Assembly (NCBI RefSeq): GCF_009914755.1
Contig: NC_060939.1
Strand: one strand, 5' to 3'
From: the human T2T-CHM13v2.0 reference genome, Homo sapiens
DNA length: 64,000 nt
The notes beneath the pieces are model-generated. The model had not been told where the DNA came from, did no database searches, and saw only the letters and a list, made by a program, of their open reading frames with translations. This document shows, in pieces, positions 13,236-25,733 of the stretch. Made by a program: the position numbers and the translations under genes. Every line of letters starts with the position of its first letter. The stretch's first letter is position 1.

Positions 13236-16164
13236 TGGAATTATTTTCCTTTACCCGTTGGAGGAGGTCTTGATGTTACCAACAAGCTTCCCTTTCTGGA
13301 ATCAGAGCATGTCAGATCAAAGCTTCAAAGACCAGACATGTGAGGGGTAGACACCCCCTTCACACACACACACACACCCCCATTTCCCAACGTTGGCCTT
13401 ACAAGCCCCTGTCCCCACCCGCCTTGGCACACATAACTCAGGGCTGGAAGCAGACTTGTTGCAGGCTCTGAGAATGTTTGTGGGCATCACCCTCCCCAAG
13501 GGCCTCCAGGGAGCATGAACTAATTGTATTAACAAGTGGCATCTGGATTTTATTCCATTTTATACGAATCCTGTGTTGTTTATGAATGAACCTAACTCGG
13601 GAAATGGAGACTGAGGCCTCCACTGTTTAACAAACAGACCTTCCCCTTGGGTGTGCAAGCTCTGGCCAGCCAGCGAGCACTATAGGTTCTTGTTCCTTGC
13701 TACTCATCTACCCCCAGTGGTGGTCTTGAAAGCTGTCACTTTAAATTTCCAACCAAGAGAAACTGGAGAAAGGCACTACATTATTGGTTCATAAAATGGA
13801 TGTAACTGCCTGGGATTAGAGAGAAAGAGGTCTTCACAGGGTCCTAGAATCCCCACATATGGCTGCAGGTGGGGTAGGAGGGGTCTCTTCTCTTTCCAGC
13901 TTAGGATTGCTTGAGTTAGTTTGATTTTATCCTGCCTAGACTGTAAAATAGGAAACCAGAGGTACCTTTCTGAAAAGTCACTGGGGAAACCATGTTGTAG
14001 AAGAAATTGGGCAACTCAACAGACTTGATAACATCTATTTCTTGAGGAGAAGGACAGGGACTGCTCTAGAGAAACAAAAAACAAAAAAAAAAAGGCAAGC
14101 CCAAAAGACCTTGAAACCATTAAGAGGTGTGCATGCTCCAGCAGGAACGGGGGCAGGCTGTGCTGGTTTCAGGTTCCTCCTTGCTACATAGATAAATGGC
14201 CAAAGGAAACATTATCCCAGCAGTTTCACATTAAAGGCTAAATGGCAAGATGGTCATCCTTTTATGCTGGCCAATAACCAAGTGAAAATTAGGCAGTGTA
14301 CCTGTTTAGGAAGAGGGCTTCACGCCATTCCAGAGTGGACTTTCCCATGCTCTCACTCCCCGCTGGTCCCATGGATGAGCAGTTGCTGTATAAGACATTC
14401 TGGGTGGCACAGACAGTGTGGTCAGGGCTACGGCTCAGATTATCACTCTACAGAGGGTCTGAACAATGTGTTGAATGTACAGGAGACTGAAACTTGGAAG
14501 AAAGTCACAGCTGCATGCATCCCTCTGGCCCCTAGCTGGCTTGAGGTATTCAGATGAGTTCTGGCCTCCAGGCAAGGAAGCCCCACTGGAAACCCGTAGG
14601 AAACTATCCTAGAGTCAGGGTCTATATGAAGGCCTCAACGCTGGGTGAGAAGTGAATTCTGATGTCTTGCAGACTGATTAGCAAATGTCAAAGAGCAGTC
14701 TGCTTTTGCTTTCTGTAGTTGTTTGGAGTTGCGTGTGTATATCATGTCTCAGACCAACTGAAGAAATATCATCCACCATGTTGCTTAATCCCCACACACC
14801 TCTGTGAAGCAGGTAGCACAGGAATGATCCTCTTGATCCTACAGAGGAGGAAGTGGAGGCCCGTGGAAGTTAAGACATACACCTTGTAAGTGATTGCTAA
14901 GAGACGCTGAGTGAGGACTTCTGATTACACTTCTCACCCTCTGATGCAACGTGCTGAAATTTCACTCTGCCACACCGCTAATCTGCTGACGCCCCAGGCA
15001 AAGTTGTCAGTCTGGATTACCCACTAAGCAGACCTGGGAATGGTACCACGTTACCCTTCCGTACCTCCAGTGTCTGTGCGTGGGAAGGAGGTAGAGTGAG
15101 ATGGCAAGGGAACCTGCTGACTCTTGGTTATGAGTGACCTTAGACTGTGTGATTTACAAGGGTAGTAGCCATGTGTGGCTTGCTTTGTATCCCCAGCACC
15201 TGTGCCAGTGACTAGCAGAATAAACATTTGTGGAGGGAGGGAAGGAAGAAGGGAGAGAGGGAGGGTGGAAGGGAGGTTCATTTCTTAGGACCACCAGGTA
15301 TGCAGTGTCAGCATTCCCTCATGAGGCAGCAGGGCCACAGAAGCAGCATGGTAAGACTGTGTCATATGTATTTTTCTAGCCCCATTCTGATTTCATTAGT
15401 TTCCCATCTTCATTTTTTTAAAACTCTGATTTTTAATTCATGGGACTTTGTTTTTATTTTTGTTCTTACCTTTTAAGCATTCTTGTGACCGATTTTAATA
15501 TTTCTGAATTATTAGTCAACCAAAAGAAAAACTAAAAACAAATAAATGACTATATAAATACATATAAGTGGCAGTGGGCATTTCTGTTTTGGCTGCCCCT
15601 TCCCTCCTTCCCTGCCAAGAATGTTGCCAATACAGGACTAGCAAAGTCTGCATTGAGATTTTTTTCCCCTAGCCATCTTGTATTCCTCCTTTTCACACCT
15701 TTCTAAATCTACTCACTCTTTAACATGTATTCTGAGACCAGTTTCCTCCTGCCCCAGCTACTCTAAGCTCTCGTTTCTTTTAACTCATGAGGCCGTTATC
15801 AACCGTGAGCTCCTGCCCTCTCTATTTGAGTTCTGGGTGAGCAAGAGCATTGGGTGGAGAGCAAAAGAGAGCAGGCATTCCATATGTCCTGCCTGGTGGT
15901 GGGGGAATCTGTGGGACGGCTCAGGATGAGGGCCTGCCACTGCAGGGGCTGTCCTCAGGCACGGGGGAGGCTACATGGCTCACAGCTTAGAGCAGGGTAC
16001 TGCCATCACCCCTCCCAGCTAATGCACACCATCAGCTTCTACTTCATCAAGACAGAGATCAAAAGCCCCTAATGCACGGGCTCCACACACCACCCTCTAC
16101 TTCTCAACCCCTTGCTGCCTGTGCTCCTTGACTTCTCTGCCTTGTTTCTGGGGTGTTAACACCT

Positions 16165-16700
16165 GTAGAGCTTCCCTCCTATTTCTCTGACTACAGCCTC
16201 CATTTCTTTTGCTGGGCTTTTTCTCCCTGGCCTTGGTTTTGGTTTTATTTTCACCGTCTCTGGATCTGCAGCCATCACTTTTATGTTCATGTGAGAATCT
16301 GGTCCACCTGAGCCAAGTCCGAATCTGCCATCTGCAATTGCCTGCTTGAGATTTCTATCTGGATGTCCCTTCATAACCCCACAATTCACGTGTCAAAAGC
16401 CTGAAGTCAAGATCTCTCCCCACAACTGCATTTCATGTTGTAGCTTCTTTGGCAGGGGCATTACCATTTTCCTACCTTCCCTGGTTAATAAACTTTTTCC
16501 ATTCTATCATCATATTCATTCCTTAAGTTCCAGTAACTTCTCCATTGATTTGTTCCCTTCCTCTCCATCCCCCCTAGCATTATGCCATCCATAGTTTTAT
16601 GGCAAACAAACTCTGTAATCAGTCTCTTTTCATCCGCTTTGCTCCAGACCAGTATACTCCAACCACTGCTTCCATTACACTCCAACTCAAAGCCCACGAG
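16165..16700 (+). mobile_element. L2 fragment
   Basis: caattgcctgcttgagatttctatctggatgtccct...cacaattcacgtgtcaaaagcctgaa resembles the L2 consensus. Confidence 0.55.
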
Positions 16701-17849
16701 TGTCTCTGTTTTCTATTACATTACTAGGGAACAGCTCTGGCTGACCTAAGACCCTCTGTAGTCTGACTAGTTGCCAGCATGCAGTGCCTGCTCTTGCCAG
16801 CCCATCTCTTCACTGTCACATAAATATGCCGAGCTTGGCCTCTCCTCTCTGCCTTTGTAGGTTATTCATCAGAAATGTTTTCGCATGTCTATCTGACTCC
16901 AGATTCCTGCTATCTATACGTGCAACAATGGCACCTTTCTAAAAGACTTTCAAATGATTACTTCATGTCCAGGCCTTTCTCATTTTTTTCCTGATGGCTC
17001 AATGGACAGAACATGAGGTGGATTGTCAGGGAGTCCCGCATCTTATATTTCAGTTCCATCTGGTGCTGCAGGGGCTGCATTCTCCCATGCTCCTTCTGTT
17101 CCTCTAAAAAATAAGCTACTGGCAAACAGAGCAGTGAACCCCAGTCCACAGCAATGCTTCTTGTCCCCCAAGCGAGATCTGCTCTGGGGCTAATTCATTA
17201 GGTTTAGCTTTTGTCTCACTTGATCGGAACTTGGGTGGAGATTCCAAGGGCTGGAAGGAAAGGTGGGGAGCTGTGCGGTTCTAAAGGGTGGGAACCACTC
17301 CTCAAAAGCGCAACTCTGAGAACACACTGAGAGAAAACAAGCTCAATCTTGGTAGTAGTACGGTCACCATTTACGGATTTCTTTTTACAGCTGCAAAAAT
17401 ATTCCATCAGGTTATCAGCCTCTGACTTCATTTCACTTTGGTAAGTAAGTAAAAATAAAGCTACTGTGAAATGCCATCAGCAATGTGAGCTCACGGCGGG
17501 TAGTCCACGTTTGTGAAAACAGACCCTATAGACTGCTCTGCATTTTAGTTTTCATGGAGGCTATTCTAAAGGAAACTTGTTATTTCATATATTTCATATA
17601 TGGTTATACTTACATGCCAGCTAAACTACACATGCACACAGATTTTAAATAGCATCAGAAAATAAGGTTTTTGTTTACCTTAATACCATTTACCAGTTGC
17701 CTTAATGAATTCTGTAAAAATACCCTTGCAGGCTTCTGCTCAGTTACCCAAGAGGGCAACACAGCTGAAAAACCCAGCAGCTGAGGAAGGACCCAAAGAG
17801 ACTCAGTATGACCCAAAGACTTACAGACACAGCCAAACAATCCCAAGGA

Positions 17850-19618
17850 GTACACAATATAAATGCTTTATTGCTAGCACAGAGGTTTCTTTTTAAGTAA
17901 ATTAAAAGAAATAAATCTTCATTTTCACATTTTTTGTTGCAGTCCAAAGGTAACTAGTTGGTTAGTGGCTATGTCCACTTGGACACATGCTACAGGAGGG
18001 CAGCATTCACATGGAAGCACTCAGAAATACGGCATCTGTCAGGGCTCACGGCACTGGGCTGCTGAATGCACTGTCGTTTGTAAATAACAGCAAGTGGAGA
18101 CTTTAAAACATCATGGATAGATAAGAGTTATAAATAGAAAACTGGTACGGTTAAGAAGCAGAAGATCGTTAAATACAGAAGGCTATATATATGTTGCCCA
18201 TATTCCACAAACTCTGGGTTATGTTTGGTACTTTTAAATAAATGATCTGCATCTAGGTTAGAGACTGGATTGGATTTGACAGCTGGAAAGATGGAAGAAG
18301 GGATGGAAGAAGGAAAGGAAGCTAACACTTCCCACATCAAACTGGTGGAGTCACTGGAAAGCAGAAGAGGAGTATGTGGATGGGAAGAAAGGGAGGCGGG
18401 CCTGCTTTACTCCCTGCAAGCTGTAGGCCATGGCCTGCCCAGTGAGGGGCAAGAATGGGGTGTGACAGAGGAGCTCAGTGGAGCACGGCAGTCCTGGCAC
18501 AATGGAACTTGGCAAATGGAAAAGGAAACCCCTAGGCTTGGCCAGATTTTCCAAGGTCACTGCCAATAGATACAGGGCACATTATGATAGATGTACAGTG
18601 TGACAGACCAAAATCACACCTGCAGCAGTTATTGGTGTAGAGGTTCAGAAGGTACAGATTCCAACTACAGAAATAATTCATTTAATAATAATTGTTGCCC
18701 AATATTAGAAACTGAATGATGTCTGCAAGGCATCCAGCATTATCAAATTCTTGGGCCTACTCGGATTGTTTTTTGGTTGGTTCTAAGAAAAACTTTGGAA
18801 AAGATCTTATCTAGCTATGAAAAACCACCCACTCCTTGCCTTATTCCAGAATAACTGAGAAGGAATCTAATACACACACACCCCAAAACTGCAGCAAGCT
18901 CAGAAGCGGTGAACTGCACATGATGACTTCCAGTCTCTATTGTCCCAATCTTTTTTCATTCATGTTATTTATGGGTAAAAGAAAACCAGATGGGGTCAGG
19001 AATATCCCAGGTTCTTACTACATCTCTAGTGTACCAGCTCCTGGCATTTTCATTCTGGTCTGACTCTAGCTAAAACCATTTCATGTTTTGCTTTGAAGAA
19101 ATGGATAACATGAAATGATAATTTGGCTTTACAACCTTGGAAAATTGTTCCCGGCCCAAACATCTGCCCCAGAATGAGCTCAGCTGACATCTCCTTGGAA
19201 GAGAGGGAGGGGTGGGTGAGCGAGGAGGGCCTGGAAGGAGGAAAATGAAGACAGGAGAAAGGTCACCTTTCCTTGAGAGGAAAGTTCTTTGTGACAAAGA
19301 CATGAAATAATACAGCTCCCTTATTTCATCCTGTGCTCCAGAAGGAGATACTGGATGTGTCTGCTAGCTCCTCCTCCTCCCTTTATCCCACTTTCCCCAA
19401 TATTTGGTATGATTAAGGTGGCCCCTTACAGAGTGCCAAGAAACTGTACCCAGCTGGTTTGCTTTAGTTGTGCAGTGACCTGCCTGGCCTACATGTTATC
19501 TTTTCAATCTTTAAGTAAGGACCGTGGCTCAACTTTGTATTCCTGAGAGCTGGGCCCTACAGAGAAAGCAGAGAGGGACAGACGTGCAGGCTGGGCTTCA
19601 TCCTCCTTCTTGGCCTTC
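17850..19618 (-). other. ALDH1A2: ALDH1A2 3'UTR (~1.77 kb)
   Basis: Sequence with no recognised repeats between the stop codon and the AATAAA signal; cleavage site estimated, not observed. Confidence 0.8.
17867..17872 (-). terminator. Polyadenylation signal AATAAA of ALDH1A2
   Basis: tttatt on the + strand. On the - strand it is followed by GU-rich sequence (ttgtgtactccttgggattgtttggctgtgtctgt), as expected for a CstF element. Confidence 0.8.
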
Positions 19619-19691
19619 TTAGGAGTTCTTCTGGGGGATCTTTACTGTCACCGTCTTAACTTCTGAGTACTCCCGCAAGCCAAATTCTCCC
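19619..19691 (-). CDS. ALDH1A2: ALDH1A2 exon 13 coding part (GEFGLREYSEVKTVTVKIPQKNS*)
   Basis: Acceptor gtttcAG at 19692-19693; TAA stop at 19619-19621. Confidence 0.96.
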
Positions 19692-21343
19692 CTGAAACAC
19701 AGAAATGGGCCGGGTCAGATACCAGAAGTCCAGGGAGCTGCATGTGAGTGCAGCGGGAGTCCTGGGGAGGTGCAGTTTATCACCTGGGAACAGCAAGTCC
19801 TGGGATGTTCATGTAAAAATTCCTCACGTATGCGCAGCCCAGCCTTCCTCTGAGGGTCAGAGAAACTGTCATCTCATGAGTAGTTTTTAAAGAAGTTTTT
19901 TTAAAACTTTAAAGTTTTTTAAAGTAGTTTTAAAGTTAAAAGGTGACTTGTTTTCACAATACTGCACAGACAGGCAATGACTCTCAATTACTCAGAGAAC
20001 TACCGTCAGCCTTGGCCAGAGGGCACACAGATGACCCCAGGCTGTGCTCAGAGGCTGAGTGCTGTGGGCAGCGGTGGGACCAGGCCCAGGTCTCTGAACG
20101 CCTTGGCCATGCCTCTCTCCACAAGGCAGCACTGGTTCAGTATTAGTTCTTTGGGACAGTAGTGTGCTTTCCTCTCCCCAAGACGGAGGGTGGGAGTGGG
20201 TCGCATGTCTAAGTGTTCCTGTCCTTCTGCGTGTTTACTACAGTGCTCCTTCTCCTCCACATCTCTTCTCTATTCTCCTGTTCTTTTTGCCTTGTTTAAA
20301 TGCCTTTTTTCCTCTTATCTAATCTATTTCATTATAAAATCACGCATGTTCTCCTCTTTTTCTTCTCTTCTTCTGAAAGTCACTCTTCAGTGATGCTTTT
20401 CCCAACAGCCTCAGGAGGAGCTCCTCTTTCGTCCTCTCTGTTCACAGAGCCCCTTGTTCACACCTCAACCACCACACTTATCACACTGGGAGGACAAGGG
20501 GCTTGAATATCTCTGTCTTCCCTACTGAGTTGTATCCTACTGATTTTTCTTTTTGCCTTCCACCAAACATAGGGTATAGCCTACAACAGCAGGCACACAG
20601 AAGGTACCTGATGACCAAGGAAGGAAGGAAAGTAGAGAGGGGAGGAGGGAAGGAGGAAGGGCGAGCTTCCTATTCCCTCTTCCCAAGTTCTACCCTGTTG
20701 TCATATCTTCTAGATCAGGAAAAAATAAAAACAATTAGGAGATATATTTGAATATGAAACAATTAAATGATTAAGAAAGGCTGTCTTTTGAAACAGTCAG
20801 TGTACGAGTTACTGTGGCTGGGCTTTACAAGAGAGACCTGCTGTAAATGATTCATTCAGGTTCCTTTTAGGAGCCCCCATGGCCTACATAAGGCTCCAGG
20901 GGCTTTGCCAGCACCTCCTCTGAGCACCGTGGGCACCTGAGTTGACAGGGACAACAGAGGGCGGCCAAGGAGAGACTGGGGCAAGCAGGCTGTTCTCCTG
21001 TCCGTATGGTTCATTTCGCTTAAAGCAATGAGAGAAACCAACTGAAATTGCCCCACTCGTTGCATGCTTCCCTCATTAACTCCACTCAGTCTCGGAGTCT
21101 CTTTATTACCAGCTCAGCTCTGGCTCTCTCTGGTCATTTTCCTGTCCTTGGGCAATTCTGAATGTGTCTCTTCATCACGGACACCATGTGCATCCCATTT
21201 GAAGTGAATTTACTCCTTTGTTTCCTGGCTTCTGCACGCACTTGTTGGGGCAGGTCGCGAGCCACACTTCACCCCCATGTGACTCTCTAACTAGGTTGTG
21301 AGAAATGTAAGGAAGTCTACAGCATCAGAAACCTCACGATTAT

Positions 21344-22471
21344 GGTTGCTTTCAAGTGTGACTGTTGGATCCTACCGTTTGGGTGTGTGATGCAATGGAA
21401 AACCCTGCTGGAGCAGAGCTGCTCCTCTCTGGGTCCTGAGCAGTGATCTGTGCACGGGGGAAGTGGACTCAAATCTGCTACCAAAAGAACTGCTCTGTGC
21501 CCAGGACATGAAGGAAAGCCAGTAAGCAGTCTTAGAGCAGCACGACTGAGGAGGCATGGAGGAGATAAAGAGCACTGAAGCTGGGGTCAGAGACAGGAGT
21601 GGCCACTCAGCTCTGCCATGAACCAGCTAAGGGATGCCAGCTGAGTCACTGTCATCCTCTTGGTGCCCAGTCATCTCTCCAGCAGTTCCTGAACCTCAGT
21701 ATACATAAGTATCACCCAAAGAGCTTGGTTCAACTTTTGATTCTTGAACGCTACCCCCACCCCACAAAGATTCAGTTTCAGAAGCTCTACGGAGGGACCA
21801 GGAGACTGAGAGACAGATGGTCATGTGGGTCACACTTTGGGAAACATGCTCAGAGGTCATTGAGCCCTGAAGTCTCGATTCTTAAGCAATTTCACCATCT
21901 TGTTCCAGGATTTCTGTCGCATATTTATTTACTCCAGCTAAATTTTGTGGCACATACAGTTAACAGGGAAGAAGCTCACTGATGCACGAAAGGTATGCAT
22001 ATCATTACTGATGCAGCCCAATCTCTCTGTGTGGTTACCTTCACATCAGGACGAAACAGCAAGGCAAAATCACATTTAGAAGACTAGGTTCTAGTCCCTA
22101 AGATAAATCAAACTTGGCACACCTAGAGGCTTTAAGGTAACCTGTCAGTCAGTATTGGTAGCTCTTCGCCAGCCATTTTAGGACTCACTCAGACTTGCTC
22201 ATAAAACAAGTAAGAGTTTCTGTTTAGGGTATATATTTTCCTGCTCTTTTACTTGACTTGCAGCAGCATTTTTCAGAGCGGAGTAAAGTCTCCAGACCAT
22301 CAGCATCAGAGGAGCTTGCAGGTGGTCAGGACTGAGAGGGTGGGTGGGAGCGGGTCACCGGAAGGCAGGTTGCTTTCAAGGGTGACTGGTGGATCCCAGT
22401 GTTTGGGTGTGTGATGCAATGTAAAACCCTGCTGGAACGGAGGTGCTTCTCTGTGGGTCCTGGGCAGTGAT
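21344..22471 (+). repeat. Dispersed 104-bp direct repeat (21344-21447 and 22368-22471) in intron 12
   Basis: Gap-free manual alignment, about 92/104 identical. Confidence 0.92.
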
Positions 22472-22685
22472 GTATACTGGAGTCACTCTGGAAGCTTGTT
22501 AAAAACGCAGTTCCTGGGTCCTATCGCAGATCAACTAACTCAGAATCTCTGAGAGTGGGTCCCTAGATACGCATGCTTAACAAAACCATCACCCAGACTG
22601 GAGGTGACTTCTCTGTATGCATGCGTGTACACGCACGCGCACACACACACACACACACACACACATAAATTTGACAAGCTCTGAT
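22264..22685 (+). mobile_element. MER5A-like hAT-Charlie element, interrupted by ~170 bp and a (CA)n tract
   Basis: ccagaccatcagcatca ... ggaagcttgttaaaaacgcagttcctgggtcc...cagaatctctg...ttaacaaa. Confidence 0.55.
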
Positions 22686-23994
22686 TTAGAGTATCTAACA
22701 ATGCTTCTCATTTTCAAAGCCAGTGTCCTGAGTTTTTAAAATGCTGAGGTTCACAGAATTCTTTCCATCTCCTCAGTTTGTGACATTTTATGGCTTGTGC
22801 TTTGCCACCCCTCATCTCAGGGGAGTTTGATAAGGAAGTAAGAAAAAGGACAGGAAAAGTGAAACAGGCAGAAATAGGTGGGCAGGAGGACCTGAGAAAA
22901 GCTCGTCTCTGAGCCTGGGAATTAAGAGGGCAGCCCTCCCCACAGCTCTCTGTGGGGAGACCTCGTGGGCTAGGTCAGCCCTCCTGGGAGTTTCCAGATG
23001 TTTCTGGAAGTGCCACTTCACGTCTCTGCTCCTCTTAGGGATAGACAGGGAGGTGTCAGGGACCAAAGCTGCATGGAGTTTGCAGGCCATGAGATAAATA
23101 ATTCTGTGTAGACGGAGGATTAAGTGGAGTTTCTGAGGCTGTATCAAATGAGGTGGAAGAGTTGGGGACCAAGACAGAGCAGCTTCTTTTATTTGAAGCA
23201 TTTTCTGTCACTCAGGGTCATTTAAGAAAGAGAAAACATGTTTTGGGGGTAAGTAGAGACAAACAAACAAACAAGCATGCAATCTAGACAAGATGCAGTG
23301 GGTCTCATCAAAGAACAGCATTTCCTAATTATTTTTTAACTGCACTGAGAAGGTCCAATCACCATAGGGCCTGGAAGACAAGTAGAGAGAAATGGTTCTT
23401 CGGTCTCTTGAGCACTGTTATATGAGGTTCAGATAGAGCCAAACTGTCTCCTGGACCACCTTTCTGGGCAAGGAGAACATTTCTGATGGGAATAGACTAG
23501 ACTCAGCTAATGTAACAAGTGTGCCCACAATGAGGGACCATGGATTAGCCTGGGATTAGGGTCCATCAACCAGCGATCATTTATTGAAAGTATATTTTAT
23601 GCTCATGATTCACCCTGTTAATGATCTGTAACAAAACAATCAATGCAAGCAGCATTCCCAGAGCCAGTGACTGACCCCAGCATTTCAGAGACTGGGAGAG
23701 CACAGACATAGAGGAAGGAAATGAAATAAGAAGCGGAATGCATCTTGAAAAGTGGAAGCAGAAGGTGAAGGTCAAAAGCAAATGAAGACATACCTGGAGT
23801 GCATGAAGACTCTGTAAAAGCTGAAGGAATACTAAGAACTGAACAAATATGACCCAGATTGGTTATAGGTTCTGGCTGTCAGAACAGAAGTTGGTGACAC
23901 CAGCTGGAATTTGGGGAAACTTCCGCCAAAGTTACAGGTTAAGAAAAAGAGGAATCATCTATATAACACTAATCTGCTTGATGAATAATGATGA

Positions 23995-24230
23995 TTGCAG
24001 CTAACATTTTCTGAAGGCTTGCCAGACATTCTGTTGGATGTTTGCATACTTAATCCTTACACTTAATCCTCACAAGAACCCTGAGGTAGGTAGTATAATT
24101 ATTCCCATCTTGGAGATGAGGTAACTGAGGCTTAGATTAAGTAATTTGTCCAAGGTTGCACAGGTAGTAATAGTGGCAGGATTCAAATCCGAGCAGTGTG
24201 ATTCTAGAAACTGCTCTAATCTCCAAGCTA
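23995..24230 (-). mobile_element. MIR
   Basis: ttaatcctcacaagaaccctgaggtagg...attcccatcttggagatgaggtaactgaggcttag matches the MIR core. Confidence 0.75.
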
Positions 24231-24479
24231 TACCTACTTTATAGTTTTGCTTGGGAGCTTGAAATTACCAGTGAAACTATCTGAAGTATGTAAATCCTCT
24301 GCTCTAGTCTTGTTGGTTCACTGCATTTCTCCCACAAACACACACTACCGTTATTTTTCCCGCAATACCTTTACTCACTCTCCCCCACTGCTACCCTGTT
24401 TTGCCCGACAAACTTGAAAATATATTCCCCCTTCTCTATCCAAGCATTCCTCTTCTTGAAAGGCTGACACAAATCCCTG

Positions 24480-24710
24480 TAGCAGATCATATCTAAAGGT
24501 TTCCCAGATTTTTCCAGCTCACAGTGATCTTCCCTATCCCTGAGCTCCTCCATTGGTTTACAGTCTTTTCTGCGATTCCTCTGATTCTTTCAATGTTATT
24601 AGTTTTATTTACCCCAAAACATATTAAATGCCTAAAGGACCTGCATCTTCCTCCATAGACCAAGCACAGTGCTTTGTACATATTTATGCTCAATATTTGT
24701 TAGATTGTGA
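24480..24710 (+). mobile_element. L2 3' end fragment
   Basis: agcacagtgctttgtacatatttatgctcaatatttgttag resembles the L2 3' end. Confidence 0.5.
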
Positions 24711-25208
24711 ACTAGGCATTTGCTCAAAAAAATAGGCATTCAGTAATGGCTGAGGGAACGGGCATGAAACATGTTTCCTCTGTGAGTCACAGCATTTGGC
24801 AAATACAGATCAGTTTCTTTCAAAAGGAGGGAAAGTGGGTTCTTTTCCTGGATGTTACTTCCAGGAAAAACGGTTACTTCCTTTGTGAAGTCTTCTAGGA
24901 CCCGAGCAGTCAAAATTAATTGATTTTTCTCTGTACTGACAAAATGTTTAACATACTTCTAATCATAGCCTTTACTACAGGGAATTAATGGTACATTAAT
25001 TTTTTCCATTCTCACTTTGGGAAATGGAATTGTGTTTTATTCATCTCTATAACATGTAATAGAACTTAGCTTATAGTAGCATGTGCTCCACGAAATGTTT
25101 GTTGAATGTATGGATGAGTGTAAGATAATTAAACTATTTTTTAAGTACTGCTCTGTGCTGATATTTGCAATCTATTTCTCTGCAGGCATCAGCAACTTTA
25201 AGACTTAC

Positions 25209-25283
25209 ATTTCTCTCCCATTTCCAGACATCTTGAATCCCCCAAAGGGGCTCTGGGCATTTAAGGCATTGTAACAATTGATC
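25209..25283 (-). CDS. ALDH1A2: ALDH1A2 exon 12 (75 nt, [25 protein letters not shown])
   Basis: [17 protein letters not shown] motif; AG/GTaag boundaries. Confidence 0.96.
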
Positions 25284-25575
25284 CTGAAAGAAGAAAACAT
25301 AGTACTGTGAGTTCGTGTGAAGTCTGAGCACATAATCTGACTGGCACGGTATTTCTTTTAGAAGTTTTATTTTTAAATTCCTTTCCTCCAGAGGAAAAAA
25401 TTGTAATTTAAAATCTACTTTGATTTCTGGATCTAAGCAGTAAGGAGTGTACCCCTTTTCTGGTGAACTTTGGTTGCTTTTGGTATTCCCCATCCTTCCA
25501 AGGAGATACGTGTTTATTTCACCCTGGTCCCTATACCACCAGTGGAATTTGTTACAAGACTGACTCTGATCTTAC

Positions 25576-25733
25576 CAAACAGTCCCAGCTTGCATTGCAG
25601 AAGACACTGTGAGGGCCTTGTTGATGTCATTAGTAAAGACAGCTGCTACGAGTCCAAAGTCTGAGTTATTGGCTCTTTCGATAACTTCATCCATCGTCTT
25701 AAATCTCAAAATTTCCTGAACAGGGCCAAAGAT
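25576..25733 (-). CDS. ALDH1A2: ALDH1A2 exon 11 (158 nt, [34 protein letters not shown]...AGTVW)
   Basis: The EEIFGP motif spans the exon 10/11 junction; AG/GTaag boundaries; ORF 25572..25760. Confidence 0.97.

Noticed and set aside
23763-23780. AGGTGA-AGGTCA nuclear-receptor half-sites as a retinoic-acid feedback element
   Set aside because: Spacing is not DR2 or DR5, and I saw no convincing canonical RARE by eye. A PWM scan would be needed.
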